A DNA stretch of 64,000 bases from Macrostomum lignano (taxonomy: Eukaryota). A program made the position numbers and the translations under genes. Below are positions 46,722 through 61,600 of this stretch, piece after piece (the stretch's first letter is position 1; each line of letters starts with the position of its first letter). The stretch spans positions 238,930-302,929 of the forward strand of contig NIVC01001371.1 in the NCBI GenBank assembly GCA_002269645.1, in the 5' to 3' direction. The notes beneath the pieces are model-generated. The model was not told where the DNA came from and made no database searches. It saw only the letters and a list, made by a program, of their open reading frames with translations.

Positions 46722-48474
46722 ATCTAAGCTGTAACAATCGCCTAGAGAAATACCGAAATTTAGATCCTAGAAATCGTCAGATTTAGTGCAGAAGGATATG
46801 GGATTTCAAAATATAATTAAAGAATTATGAATCTCAGTCTACTTGTAAATATTCCACAGTACAGAGTAAGCTCAGTTTCTGGCAGCTCGCAAGCGAAAGC
46901 ATTTATTCAAAAGCTGAATCGAAGCGTGCAGGTCAGGCTGAGAGAGAAAAAAAGAAATAAATTAATGCTGATGGAATTTTAACGCGAGTTCTCCTATCGC
47001 GCAGCAGACTCCCGAAGAACTGCTGCTGCAGCCAGCCGCTGCACTGGGAGTTCCCGATCCGATCCTCTTCTAGGCCAGCCATAGGATTTGAGCCCCGGCA
47101 ATGCTGCCAGAGTTAATTATACAGGATTAGCCGGGGCCCGGGACCGCACGCGACCGCGCTGCCGCAAAGGCAGCAGAATTGTGCGCCGCGACTCTGATGG
47201 GACCGCTGCGGGCTTTCGCCTGTGGTCGGGCCGATCCTAGGGAAAAATCTCACAGTGCCGCTTCACTCTGCCTCTTCCTCACCCTTTCTCCAGCAGTTTC
47301 ATCTCCCTGGAGACGTCATTTTTGCAGATTTTGTTATTTTCCATTGCATTTGTGTTCGGTGTGCTTAATAAGAGTGGAGAGCTCGCCAGTGGCCGCTGTC
47401 TATAAGGCCGCGTTGGGAAAAGTTGAGGAAAATTTTTTATCAAAGAATTGTTTTGTTGATTAAAACATTTTTTGTCAGAAATGAGCTCTATGAGCCAGGC
47501 GAATACAGACAGACTGGCTCTAGCATTTGTTCCACTTCAGTATACCAGCGCTGAATACTGAATGCATTAAAATCCAACTAAAGTGCTCAGCTGACTGACT
47601 GGCTGACTGACGCTTGAGTCCGAGTTTTTGTCTTAGCCAACTCGGTGCCTGCATAACTGCTAATCCGGTAATCCCCAATGGACAACTGTCTATTAAGTAG
47701 GGAGAGAGGAGAGAGACGGAGACGCGTGCCACACATTAGACTGGCAGGCCAAATCCAATGCATATCAACCATGATTATCCTCGCTGGGAGTTACTATTAT
47801 TATATTATAATTATATCCGTCGCTATTGAATATGATCCGCTAGCTGCAGCACTCGGCCTCTGCTGCGCTATCAGAATCGATTACGGGCAATCTGTCTAAC
47901 TGTCGCGTCATCGCGGCTATTAGCGAGAACGGGCACCAGCAGCCAGTGCAAGCTTGCAGCTAGAGCTGCTGCTAGTATACTATATCACGCATGACATTCG
48001 CGTCAAGCAAAATGATGGCATGTGATTTGTTACAGGCCGTGGAGTCCTGTTCCGCGTCAAGTTAGATTGAGGGCGAGTACGTTATTGCGGATACGAGCTA
48101 CTGGTGTGGGTAACTTGGAAGCGGGCTGGAACCACTCCTAAAACTGGGCAGGAAGTGACTGACTGGCAGCATGGGTGTCTCAACGCGGACGAGTGTGGGA
48201 GTGATTTATTGCTGCAGAGAGTCTCAATGCTACTTAAATTTTCGGGCCAGCAAATGGAGACGTGACTGCGGAACACTTTGCGAAGCATCCGGCCTTGAAG
48301 AAGAAGACCCAGCAGTGAAAACTGCCCTGCCTTCCCTACAGATTGATCAGGCCAAGCCATTTTCATATCGCTCTTTTCATATCCTCTCCAGGCGATTTTA
48401 ATAACTGTGAAAGCCCCTGAACTTTAACTCGTATCAAATGCTTTTCATTTATGCTTTACGAGTTGTAATGTACA

Positions 48475-48980
48475 TTGGGTCAGAGCTGCTCCGAGTGACT
48501 CTGCGGTGGGTACAGTGTGGGTCAGAGCTGCTCCGAGTGACTCTGCGGTGGGTACAGTGTGGGTCAGAGCTGCTCCGAGTGACTCTGCGGTGGGTACAGT
48601 GTGGGTCAGAGCTGCTCCGAGTGACTCTGCGGTGGGTACAGTGTGGGTCAGAGCTGCTCCGAGTGACTCTGCGGTGGGTACAGTGTGGGTCAGAGCTGCT
48701 CCGAGTGACTCTGCGGTGGGTACAGTGTGGGTCAGAGCTGCTCCAAGTGACTCTGCGGTGGGTACAGTGTGGGTCAGAGCTGCTCCGAGTGACCCTGCGG
48801 TGGGTACAGTGTGGGTCAGAGCTGCTCCGAGTGACCCTGCGGTGGGTACAGTGTGGGTCAGAGCTGCTCCGAGTGACCCTGCGGTGGGTACAGTGTGAGT
48901 CAGAGCTGCTCCGAGTGACTCTCTGGTTGGTACAGTGTGGGTCAGAGCTGCTCCGAGTGACTCTGCGGTGGGTACAGTGG
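48475..48980. repeat. Minisatellite, 42-bp unit gggtcagagctgctccgagtgactctgcggtgggtacagtgt
   Basis: About 12 near-perfect copies. Confidence 0.95.
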
Positions 48981-49344
48981 GTGTAGAAGTGCATTCGAAT
49001 AAATTGAAACTATAGGCAGCATTTTCAGTTTCATCCCAACTGCTCGCGACAGAACCGAGTTCCTCTGGCCGGTGATAAAATTCGAAGATAAAGAGGCCTT
49101 CAAGAAGGAGCCTGTGATTTGTGGCTAAAAATACACCGAACTGAAATTGAAACAGCGCTACACCTTCATCGGGCTTTGTGGACCCCCCAATCCCTGATTT
49201 TCTGTGGCGGGCAACAGCTGCAAGATGTCCGGCCATCACCTTGGGACGTGGGTCGTTCCGAATCCTAGAGGGAATATTTCCATTTTCTCTCTTGGCTATT
49301 ATTAGGTAATATTGTGCCTAACCGTTTGGGGTAAGTTTCCCATT

Positions 49345-49865
49345 GCAGATCTGACACAGCTGACCCTGAAATACTGTCTGAGGCATTACAGATCTGACAC
49401 AGCTCACTCCGAAATGCTGTCTGAGGCATTACAGATCTGACACAGCTGACCCTGATCTCCTGTCTGTGACATTGCAGATCTGACACAGTTTACTCTGAAA
49501 TGCTGTCTGTGACATTACAGATCTGACACAGCTGACCCTGATCTCCTGTCTGTGACATTGCAGATCTGACACAGTTTACTCTGAAATGCTGTCTGTGACA
49601 TTACAGATCTGACACAGCTGACCCTGATCTCCTGTCTGTGACATTGCAGATCTGACACAGTTTACTCTGAAATGCTGTCTGTGACATTACAGATCTGACA
49701 CAGCTGACCCTGATCTCCTGTCTGTGACATTACAGATCTGACACAGCTGACCCTGATCTCCTGTCTGTGACATTACAGATCTGACACAGCTGACCCTGAT
49801 CTCCTGTCTGTGACATTACAGATCTGACACAGCTGACCCTGATCTCCTGTCTGAGACATTACATA
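49345..49865. repeat. Minisatellite, 43-bp units of two alternating types
   Basis: Shared cagatctgacacag...ctgtctgtgacatt, with ctgaccctgatctc versus tttactctgaaatg middles. Confidence 0.9.
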
Positions 49866-52605
49866 GCTCACGCAGATGACACCTGAGTTTCATTCACATT
49901 GACAAAAGCGTAAAAGGTGCGCTCACGAGCGTGCATTGAAATGGCACCTTTTCTGTTCCTTTTATCTCTCTCAGTCTGAGCAACCCTATTATAGACGGAA
50001 TGGCGAGTCCCGAGCATTGCTCCGCCACAAATCTATGACTGAATTCGGTGGATCGAGTCTATAAGAGTGAGGGAGATCCGGAACCAAGTGCTTAGGAACA
50101 CGCTTGCACACTCATGCGTGTAATTAGAGTAGGGAGAGAGAGAGAGAAGGGGAGATGCAGTCCGAATAATGCAGCAATGCAGAGCAATGAATTGAGACGA
50201 AGGTGAGACCGAGAGGCTCAACCCCTGGGGCGGGGGGATTCCGTTTCCCCGTGGCCGTCCAGGCCGAGCGGAAGAAACAATTAGCGAGCCCGGGGGCCGA
50301 GAAGAAAGAAAAATTGTGTCGAAACGCGAGCATGAAAAGTGGAAATCTTGCATCTCGATGGAGGCGCAGATTGGTTTAGGTGACTGACTGACGGGCAAGT
50401 AAGCGCAAACTGCGTTCGTGCGCAAGTTTAGAATGCGGCGCAGTCAGTCAGTCAGTCAGTCAGTCAGTAGCGTGTTCCCTGTGGCCTACAGCACACACTG
50501 CGACCGCCACCTCTGCTGGAATGACGGCCGCAGTGAGGGGGTGGGGTCGAAAAGAATGATGGACCTGGAATGGCGCCCTGTCCCCTCTCCCCATTCGCTT
50601 CTCCCTGGCTTTCTGCTGATCCCCCACCCTTCATTCTCTTCTCTCTATATTGCTCTCTGCGGAAGGCTGAACCAGTCAGGGATTGGGCCGCTGAAAAGGG
50701 GGGGGGCGCAGAGGGGAAGCCCCGGCTGGTTGCTGGGGCGGACCGCGGGGTCTCCCCTTCTCCTACCGACCGTTGGGATTAGTACACGCAGAGGGGCGGG
50801 ACTGCGTGCAGCCGTGTGTGTGTGTGACCGCATGTGCAGCTGAGAGAGGTGGATAAAAAGCTGATCCAGTCCTGCCTCGAGGAGCCGCGCCGATCAGACC
50901 CTCCTCTGCAGCTACCCCAAGGCTCCGCCCACAGGTTCTGCGCCCCTGAACGCACGGAGAGGCCGCAGAAACCCCCGTTTCAGCATTCCCGCGTTCTCCT
51001 GTCGGGCCGTCTAGCGCAACACTGCGCGCCAGATTCCAGCGCCTTGGCTATTTTTCTCTCCACCTCTTCTTTTATTCTTATTTCATTCAGGCGCAGCTTT
51101 TTACCGCATCATCCCTCTCTCTCCCCCTCTCTCTTCACTTCTTGAGTGCCGTTCGAGGGGCCGCCGACCTCTGCAAAAATCAGATCCCCGCTTCACCTCG
51201 CCTGTGGTTCTCCGCAGCAGCATCCAAAGAGGCTCTTCACGCCTTGCACACGCGGGCCGCTGGCTAGCTAACAGGCACAGACCTCCGATCTCCGTCCCGC
51301 ATGCCGCTGCTGCACTAAGTGTCCGCTGCCGCTGCGATCCTTGAAGTTGCTGCTGTCTTGAAGAAGACAAGGAGAGAGAGAGAGAACGAGAAAGCAGAGT
51401 AAAAGGAAGCAACATCCGAGTCTGGGCCGCCACCCTGATGAGGCTGCTAGAATGCATTGCTGGTGAGTATAACTGCTCCGCATATTTAATTGCCACGTTT
51501 TTGTGCGCCAAACTTTCCTTCGTGCTCCTAGTTGGGGTTATTCAAGGTCACGGGCTCCGTTCTAGGCGCGCGAATCGGATACTCGCACATCTGAATATGG
51601 GTGTGCAATGCAGCGGATTGACAGAGCAGACAGCGCGGCCCTGCTGGCCACAAAAGGAGATCAATGCATCCAGGGCCCAAATGCTCTCTCTCTCTGTCTG
51701 TCTCTTGCGTCTCAGTGGATTTGATCGCTAAGCTGCAAGTGTTCCTGACGCCGCAGACATCAATTGCGGCCACATTCATCTGAAACTCGTGCTCGAACAT
51801 TCGCCACAGATTTGCGCCCGTGATGTACAACCCACAAGGCGCAGAAAGTGTCAGGAATGTGCATAGGTGACGGATAGACAAGTCGGGGCCGCTGTGCACC
51901 CTCAGGGGTACTTAGGGCTTAGCGGAATTAACATAACTGCTTGCTTCCTCCGACACCGTTGCTGCTCTAGCTGCCCCCTCAGGTTGCTGTCCTTCATTCA
52001 GCAGGATAAAAATAGTAAATAAGAGCTGAGGGTGCGCAGCCAGTTGCCATTAGCTTGGCTGATCGAATATGCAGCCAGATGCATGCGCACCGGGCAGCCG
52101 GCGCACCCGACTGGCCCCCAGGAGGGCCGCAGGGAGCTCAATCAAATAGGCAGGCAGCTGCGTAAAAGCAGAAAGGGGGCGGAGAGGACCGCGAAACCCG
52201 CCCCGCACTTTTTGCTTGCTGCTCAAGCTTTCGCGCCAACCCCCCTCCCTCAAACCCACCGGCGCCGGTTGACTTGCAATTTTCATGCGAAAATTGCCTG
52301 CTTGCCTGCCGGGGCACCCATGGGGCCAGCGGCGGGGCGTTGCTTGTGCTAGTTAGACTGACATACAGGCAGAGAGACAGACAAATAAATGACAGGGGAA
52401 ATTGGAAATAACAGTATGCGGTCAATCAAACAATCAGTATGGGAGCTGATTGTAAAAAAATCGATTTTTGAGCACAGGGTACATGATCAAAAAAATGAGT
52501 TCACTTTCTCTAGTATTATTCAGCAATTCACTTGGCTTTGTCTTCCTCATCTCATGCCATTCAAGTCGACTTAAACACAACCAGAGTCACCGAAACACGG
52601 CATTA

Positions 52606-55600
52606 AGACACGAAACAGACATCAGGCATATCAAAAAGACACGAAACAGACATCAGGCATATCAAAAAGACACGAAACAGACATCAGGCATATCAAAAAG
52701 ACACGAAAACAGACATCAGGCATATCAAAAAGACACGAAAACAGACATCAGGCATATCAAAAAGACACGAAACCAGACATCAGGCATATCATAAAGACAC
52801 GAAACCAGACATCAGGCATATCAAAAAGACACGAAGACAGACATCAGGCATATCAAAAAGACACGAAGACAGACATCAGGCATATCAAAAAGACACGAAG
52901 ACAGACATCAGGCATATCAAAAAGACACGAAAACAGACATCAGGCAGATCTAAAGACACGAAACCAGACATCAGACATATCATAAAGACACGAAACCAGA
53001 CATCAGGCATATCATAAAGACACGAAACCAGACATCAGGCATATCATAAAGACACGAAACCAGACATCAGACAGATCTAAAGACACGAAACCAGACATCA
53101 GACATATCATAAAGACACGAAACCAGACATCAGGCAGATCTAAAGACACGAAACAGACATCAGGCATATCATAAAGACACGAAACCAGACATCAGGCAGA
53201 TCTAAAGACACGAAAACAGACATCAGGCATATCATAAAGACACGAAACCAGACATCATGCATATCATAAAGACACGAAACCAGACATCAGGCATATCATA
53301 AAGACACGAAACCAGACATCAGACATATCATAAAGACACGAAACCAGACATCAGACAGATCTAAAGACACGAAAACAGACATCAGACATATCATAAAGAC
53401 ACGAAACCAGACATCAGGCAGATCTAAAGACACGAAAACAGACATCAGGCATATCATAAAGACACGAAACCAGACATCAGGCATATCATAAAGACACGAA
53501 AACAGACATCAGGCATATCATAAAGACACGAAACCAGACATCAGGCAGATCTAAAGACACGAAACCAGACATCAGGCATATCATAAAGACACGAAACCAG
53601 ACATCAGGCAGATCTAAAGACACGAAAACAGACATCAGGCATATCATAAAGACACGAAACCAGACATCAGGCAGATCTAAAGACACGAAAACAGACATCA
53701 GGCATATCATAAAGACACGAAACCAGACATCAGGCAGATCTAAAGACACGAAACCAGACATCAGCATATCATAAAGACACGAAACCAGACATCAGGCAGA
53801 TCTAAAGACACGAAAACAGACATCAGGCATATCATAAAGACACGAAACCAGACATCAGGCATATCATAAAGACACGAAACCAGACATCAGGCATATCATA
53901 AAGACACGAAACCAGACATCAGGCATATCTAAAGACACGAAACCAGACATCAGGCATATCATAAAGACACGAAACCAGACATCAGGCATATCATAAAGAC
54001 ACGAAACCAGACATCAGGCATATCATAAAGACACGAAACCAGACATCAGGCATATCATAAAGACACGAAACCAGACATCAGGCATATCATAAAGACACGA
54101 AAACAGACATCAGGCATATCATAAAGACACGAAACCAGACATCAGGCATATCATAAAGACACGAAAACAGACATCAGGCATATCATAAAGACACGAAACC
54201 AGACATCAGGCAGATCTAAAGACACGAAAACAGACATCAGGCATATCATAAAGACACGAAACCAGACATCAGGCAGATCTAAAGACACGAAACCAGACAT
54301 CAGGCATATCATAAAGACACGAAACCAGACATCAGGCAGATCTAAAGACACGAAAACAGACATCAGGCATATCATAAAGACACGAAACCAGACATCAGGC
54401 AGATCTAAAGACACGAAAACAGACATCAGGCATATCATAAAGACACGAAACCAGACATCAGGCAGATCTAAAGACACGAAACCAGACATCAGCATATCAT
54501 AAAGACACGAAACCAGACATCAGGCAGATCTAAAGACACGAAAAACAGACATCAGGCATATCATAAAGACACGAAACCAGACATCAGGCATATCATAAAG
54601 ACACGAAACCAGACATCAGGCATATCATAAAGACACGAAACCAGACATCAGGCATATCATAAAGACACGAAACCAGACATCAGGCATATCATAAAGACAC
54701 GAAACCAGACATCAGGCATATCATAAAGACACGAAACCAGACATCAGGCAGATCTAAAGACACGAAACCAGACATCAGGCATATCATAAAGACACGAAAC
54801 CAGACATCAGGCATATCATAAAGACACGAAACCAGACATCAGGCATATCATAAAGACACGAAACCAGACATCAGGCAGATCTAAAGACACGAAAACAGAC
54901 ATCAGGCATATCATAAAGACACGAAACCAGACATCAGGCAGATCTAAAGACACGAAACCAGACATCAGGCATATCATAAAGACACGAAACCAGACATCAG
55001 GCATATCATAAAGACACGAAAACAGACATCAGGCATATCATAAAGACACGAAACCAGACATCAGGCAGATCTAAAGACACGAAAACAGACATCAGGCATA
55101 TCATAAAGACACGAAAACAGACATCAGGCAGATCTAAAGACACGAAACCAGACATCAGGCATATCATAAAGACACGAAACCAGACATCAGGCATATCATA
55201 AAGACACGAAACCAGACATCAGGCATATCATAAAGACACGAAACCAGACATCAGGCATATCATAAAGACACGAAACCAGACATCAGGCAGATCTAAAGAC
55301 ACGAAACCAGACATCAGGCATATCATAAAGACACGAAACCAGACATCAGGCAGATCTAAAGACACGAAACCAGACATCAGGCATATCATAAAGACACGAA
55401 ACCAGACATCAGGCAGATCTAAAGACACGAAACCAGACATCAGCATATCATAAAGACACGAAACCAGACATCAGGCAGATCTAAAGACACGAAACCAGAC
55501 ATCAGGCATATCATAAAGACACGAAACCAGACATCAGGCAGATCTAAAGACACGAAACCAGACATCAGGCATATCATAAAGACACGAAACCAGACATCAG

Positions 55601-58600
55601 GCATATCATAAAGACACGAAACCAGACATCAGGCATATCATAAAGACACGAAACCAGACATCAGGCATATCATAAAGACACGAAACCAGACATCAGGCAT
55701 ATCATAAAGACACGAAACCAGACATCAGGCATATCATAAAGACACGAAACCAGACATCAGGCATATCATAAAGACACGAAACCAGACATCAGGCATATCA
55801 TAAAGACACGAAACCAGACATCAGGCATCATAAAGACACGAAACCAGACATCAGGCATATCATAAAGACACGAAACCAGACATCAGGCATATCATAAAGA
55901 CACGAAACCAGACATCAGGCATATCATAAAGACACGAAACCAGACATCAGGCATATCATAAAGACACGAAACCAGACATCAGGCATATCAAAAGACACGA
56001 AACCAGACATCAGGCATATCATAAAGACACGAAACCAGACATCAGGCATATCTAAAGACACGAAACCAGACATCAGGCATATCATAAAGACACGAAACCA
56101 GACATCAGGCATATCATAAAGACACGAAACCAGACATCAGGCATATCATAAAGACACGAAACCAGACATCAGGCATATCATAAAGACACGAAACCAGACA
56201 TCAGGCAGATCTAAAGACACGAAACCAGACATCAGGCATATCATAAAGACACGAAACCAGACATCAGGCATATCATAAAGACACGAAACCAGACATCAGG
56301 CATATCATAAAGACACGAAACCAGACATCAGGCAGATCATAAAGACACGAAACCAGACATCAGGCATATCATAAAGACACGAAACCAGACATCAGGCAGA
56401 TCTAAAGACACGAAACCAGACATCAGGCATATCATAAAGACACGAAACCAGACATCAGGCAGATCTAAAGACACGAAACCAGACATCAGGCATATCATAA
56501 AGACACGAAACCAGACATCAGGCATATCATAAAGACACGAAACCAGACATCAGGCATATCATAAAGACACGAAACCAGACATCAGGCATATCATAAAGAC
56601 ACGAAACCAGACATCAGGCATATCATAAAGACACGAAACCAGACATCAGGCATATCATAAAGACACGAAACCAGACATCAGGCATATCTAAAGACACGAA
56701 ACAGACATCAGGCATATCATAAAGACACGAAACCAGACATCAGGCAGATCTAAAGACACGAAACCAGACATCAGGCATATCATAAAGACACGAAACCAGA
56801 CATCAGGCAGATCTAAAGACACGAAACCAGACATCAGGCATATCATAAAGACACGAAACCAGACATCAGGCATATCATAAAGACACGAAACCAGACATCA
56901 GGCATATCATAAAGACACGAAACCAGACATCAGGCATATCATAAAGACACGAAACCAGACATCAGGCATATCATAAAGACACGAAACCAGACATCAGGCA
57001 GATCTAAAGACACGAAACAGACATCAGGCATATCATAAAGACACGAAACCAGACATCAGGCATATCATAAAGACACGAAACCAGACATCAGGCAGATCTA
57101 AAGACACGAAACCAGACATCAGGCATATCATAAAGACACGAAACCAGACATCAGGCAGATCTAAAGACACGAAACCAGACATCAGGCATATCATAAAGAC
57201 ACGAAACCAGACATCAGGCAGATCTAAAGACACGAAACCAGACATCAGGCATATCATAAAGACACGAAACCAGACATCAGGCAGATCTAAAGACACGAAA
57301 CCAGACATCAGGCATATCATAAAGACACGAAACCAGACATCAGGCATATCATAAAGACACGAAACCAGACATCAGGCATATCATAAAGACACGAAACCAG
57401 ACATCAGGCAGATCTAAAGACACGAAACCAGACATCAGGCATATCATAAAGACACGAAACCAGACATCAGGCATATCATAAAGACACGAAACCAGACATC
57501 AGGCATATCATAAAGACACGAAACCAGACATCAGGCAGATCTAAAGACACGAAACCAGACATCAGGCATATCATAAAGACACGAAACCAGACATCAGGCA
57601 GATCTAAAGACACGAAACCAGACATCAGGCATATCATAAAGACACGAAACCAGACATCAGGCATATCTAAAGACACGAAACCAGACATCAGGCATATCAT
57701 AAAGACACGAAACCAGACATCAGGCATATCATAAAGACACGAAACCAGACATCAGGCATATCATAAAGACACGAAACCAGACATCAGGCATATCATAAAG
57801 ACACGAAACCAGACATCAGGCATATCATAAAGACACGAAACCAGACATCAGGCATATCATAAAGACACGAAACCAGACATCAGGCATATCATAAAGACAC
57901 GAAACCAGACATCAGGCATATCATAAAGACACGAAACCAGACATCAGGCATATCATAAAGACACGAAACCAGACATCAGGCATATCATAAAGACACGAAA
58001 CCAGACATCAGGCATATCATAAAGACACGAAACCAGACATCAGGCATATCATAAAGACACGAAACCAGACATCAGGCAGATCAAAGACACGAAACCAGAC
58101 ATCAGGCATATCATAAAGACACGAAACCAGACATCAGGCAGATCTAAAGACACGAAACCAGACATCAGGCATATCATAAAGACACGAAACCAGACATCAG
58201 GCATATCATAAAGACACGAAACCAGACATCAGCATATCATAAAGACACGAAACCAGACATCAGGCAGATCTAAAGACACGAAACCAGACATCAGGCATAT
58301 CATAAAGACACGAAACCAGACATCAGGCATATCATAAAGACACGAAACCAGACATCAGGCATATCATAAAGACACGAAACCAGACATCAGGCATATCATA
58401 AAGACACGAAACCAGACATCAGGCATATCATAAAGACACGAAACCAGACATCAGGCAGATCTAAAGACACGAAACCAGACATCAGGCATATCATAAAGAC
58501 ACGAAACCAGACATCAGGCATATCATAAAGACACGAAACCAGACATCAGGCATATCATAAAGACACGAAACCAGACATCAGGCATATCATAAAGACACGA

Positions 58601-61600
58601 AACCAGACATCAGGCATATCATAAAGACACGAAACCAGACATCAGGCAGATCATAAAGACACGAAACCAGACATCAGGCATATCATAAAGACACGAAACC
58701 AGACATCAGGCATATCATAAAGACACGAAACCAGACATCAGGCATATCATAAAGACACGAAACCAGACATCAGGCATATCATAAAGACACGAAACCAGAC
58801 ATCAGGCATATCATAAAGACACGAAACCAGACATCAGGCATATCATAAAGACACGAAACCAGACATCAGGCATATCATAAAGACACGAAACCAGACATCA
58901 GGCATATCATAAAGACACGAAACCAGACATCAGGCATATCATAAAGACACGAAACCAGACATCAGGCATATCATAAAGACACGAAACCAGACATCAGGCA
59001 TATCATAAAGACACGAAACCAGACATCAGGCAGATCTAAAGACACGAAACAGACATCAGGCATATCATAAAGACACGAAACCAGACATCAGGCATATCAT
59101 AAAGACACGAAACCAGACATCAGGCATATCATAAAGACACGAAACCAGACATCAGGCATATCATAAAGACACGAAACCAGACATCAGGCATATCATAAAG
59201 ACACGAAACCAGACATCAGGCATATCATAAAGACACGAAACCAGACATCAGGCATATCATAAAGACACGAAACCAGACATCAGGCATATCATAAAGACAC
59301 GAAACCAGACATCAGGCAGATCTAAAGACACGAAACCAGACATCAGGCATATCATAAAGACACGAAACCAGACATCAGGCAGATCTAAAGACACGAAACC
59401 AGACATCAGGCATATCATAAAGACACGAAACCAGACATCAGGCAGATCTAAAGACACGAAACCAGACATCAGGCATATCATAAAGACACGAAACCAGACA
59501 TCAGGCAGATCTAAAGACACGAAACCAGACATCAGGCATATCATAAAGACACGAAACCAGACATCAGGCAGATCTAAAGACACGAAACCAGACATCAGGC
59601 ATATCATAAAGACACGAAACCAGACATCAGGCATATCATAAAGACACGAAACCAGACATCAGGCATATCATAAAGACACGAAACCAGACATCAGGCATAT
59701 CATAAAGACACGAAACCAGACATCAGGCATATCATAAAGACACGAAACCAGACATCAGGCATATCATAAAGACACGAAACCAGACATCAGGCATATCATA
59801 AAGACACGAAACCAGACATCAGGCAGATCATAAAGACACGAAACCAGACATCAGGCATATCATAAAGACACGAAACCAGACATCAGGCATATCATAAAGA
59901 CACGAAACCAGACATCAGGCATATCATAAAGACACGAAACCAGACATCAGGCATATCTAAAGACACGAAACAGACATCAGGCATATCATAAAGACACGAA
60001 ACCAGACATCAGGCAGATCTAAAGACACGAAACCAGACATCAGGCATATCATAAAGACACGAAACCAGACATCAGGCATATCATAAAGACACGAAACCAG
60101 ACATCAGGCATATCATAAAGACACGAAACCAGACATCAGGCATATCATAAAGACACGAAACCAGACATCAGGCATATCATAAAGACACGAAACCAGACAT
60201 CAGGCATATCATAAAGACACGAAACCAGACATCAGGCATATCATAAAGACACGAAACCAGACATCAGGCATATCATAAAGACACGAAAACCAGACATCAG
60301 GCATATCATAAAGACACGAAACCAGACATCAGGCATATCATAAAGACACGAAACCAGACATCAGGCATATCATAAAGACACGAAACCAGACATCAGGCAT
60401 ATCATAAAGACACGAAACCAGACATCAGGCATATCATAAAGACACGAAACCAGACATCAGGCATATCATAAAGACACGAAACCAGACATCAGGCATATCA
60501 TAAAGACACGAAACCAGACATCAGGCATATCATAAAGACACGAAACCAGACATCAGGCAGATCATAAAGACACGAAACCAGACATCAGGCATATCATAAA
60601 GACACGAAACCAGACATCAGGCATATCATAAAGACACGAAACCAGACATCAGGCATATCATAAAGACACGAAACCAGACATCAGGCATATCATAAAGACA
60701 CGAAACCAGACATCAGGCATATCATAAAGACACGAAACCAGACATCAGGCATATCATAAAGACACGAAACCAGACATCAGGCAGATCTAAAGACACGAAA
60801 CCAGACATCAGGCATATCATAAAGACACGAAACCAGACATCAGGCAGATCTAAAGACACGAAACCAGACATCAGGCATATCATAAAGACACGAAACCAGA
60901 CATCAGGCAGATCTAAAGACACGAAACCAGACATCAGGCATATCATAAAGACACGAAACCAGACATCAGGCAGATCTAAAGACACGAAACAGACATCAGG
61001 CATATCATAAAGACACGAAACCAGACATCAGGCATATCATAAAGACACGAAACCAGACATCAGGCATATCATAAAGACACGAAACCAGACATCAGGCATA
61101 TCATAAAGACACGAAACCAGACATCAGGCATATCATAAAGACACGAAACCAGACATCAGGCATATCATAAAGACACGAAACCAGACATCAGGCATATCAT
61201 AAAGACACGAAACCAGACATCAGGCATATCATAAAGACACGAAACCAGACATCAGGCATATCATAAAGACACGAAACCAGACATCAGGCAGATCTAAAGA
61301 CACGAAACCAGACATCAGGCATATCATAAAGACACGAAACCAGACATCAGGCATATCATAAAGACACGAAACCAGACATCAGGCATATCATAAAGACACG
61401 AAACCAGACATCAGGCATATCATAAAGACACGAAACCAGACATCAGGCATATCAAAAGACACGAACCAGACATCAGGCATATCATAAAGACACGAAACCA
61501 GACATCAGGCATATCAAAAGACACGAAACCAGACATCAGGCATATCATAAAGACACGAAACCAGACATCAGGCAGATCTAAAGACACGAAACCAGACATC

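Noticed and set aside
48438-49239. 264-aa, 182-aa and 181-aa ORFs on both strands
   Set aside because: Open only because the 42-bp unit is a multiple of 3; the unique flank has no recognisable motif.
51528-51899. LWRMFEHEF peptide as a T-box start
   Set aside because: None of the following T-box residues (GTEMIITK, GRRMFP) are present.
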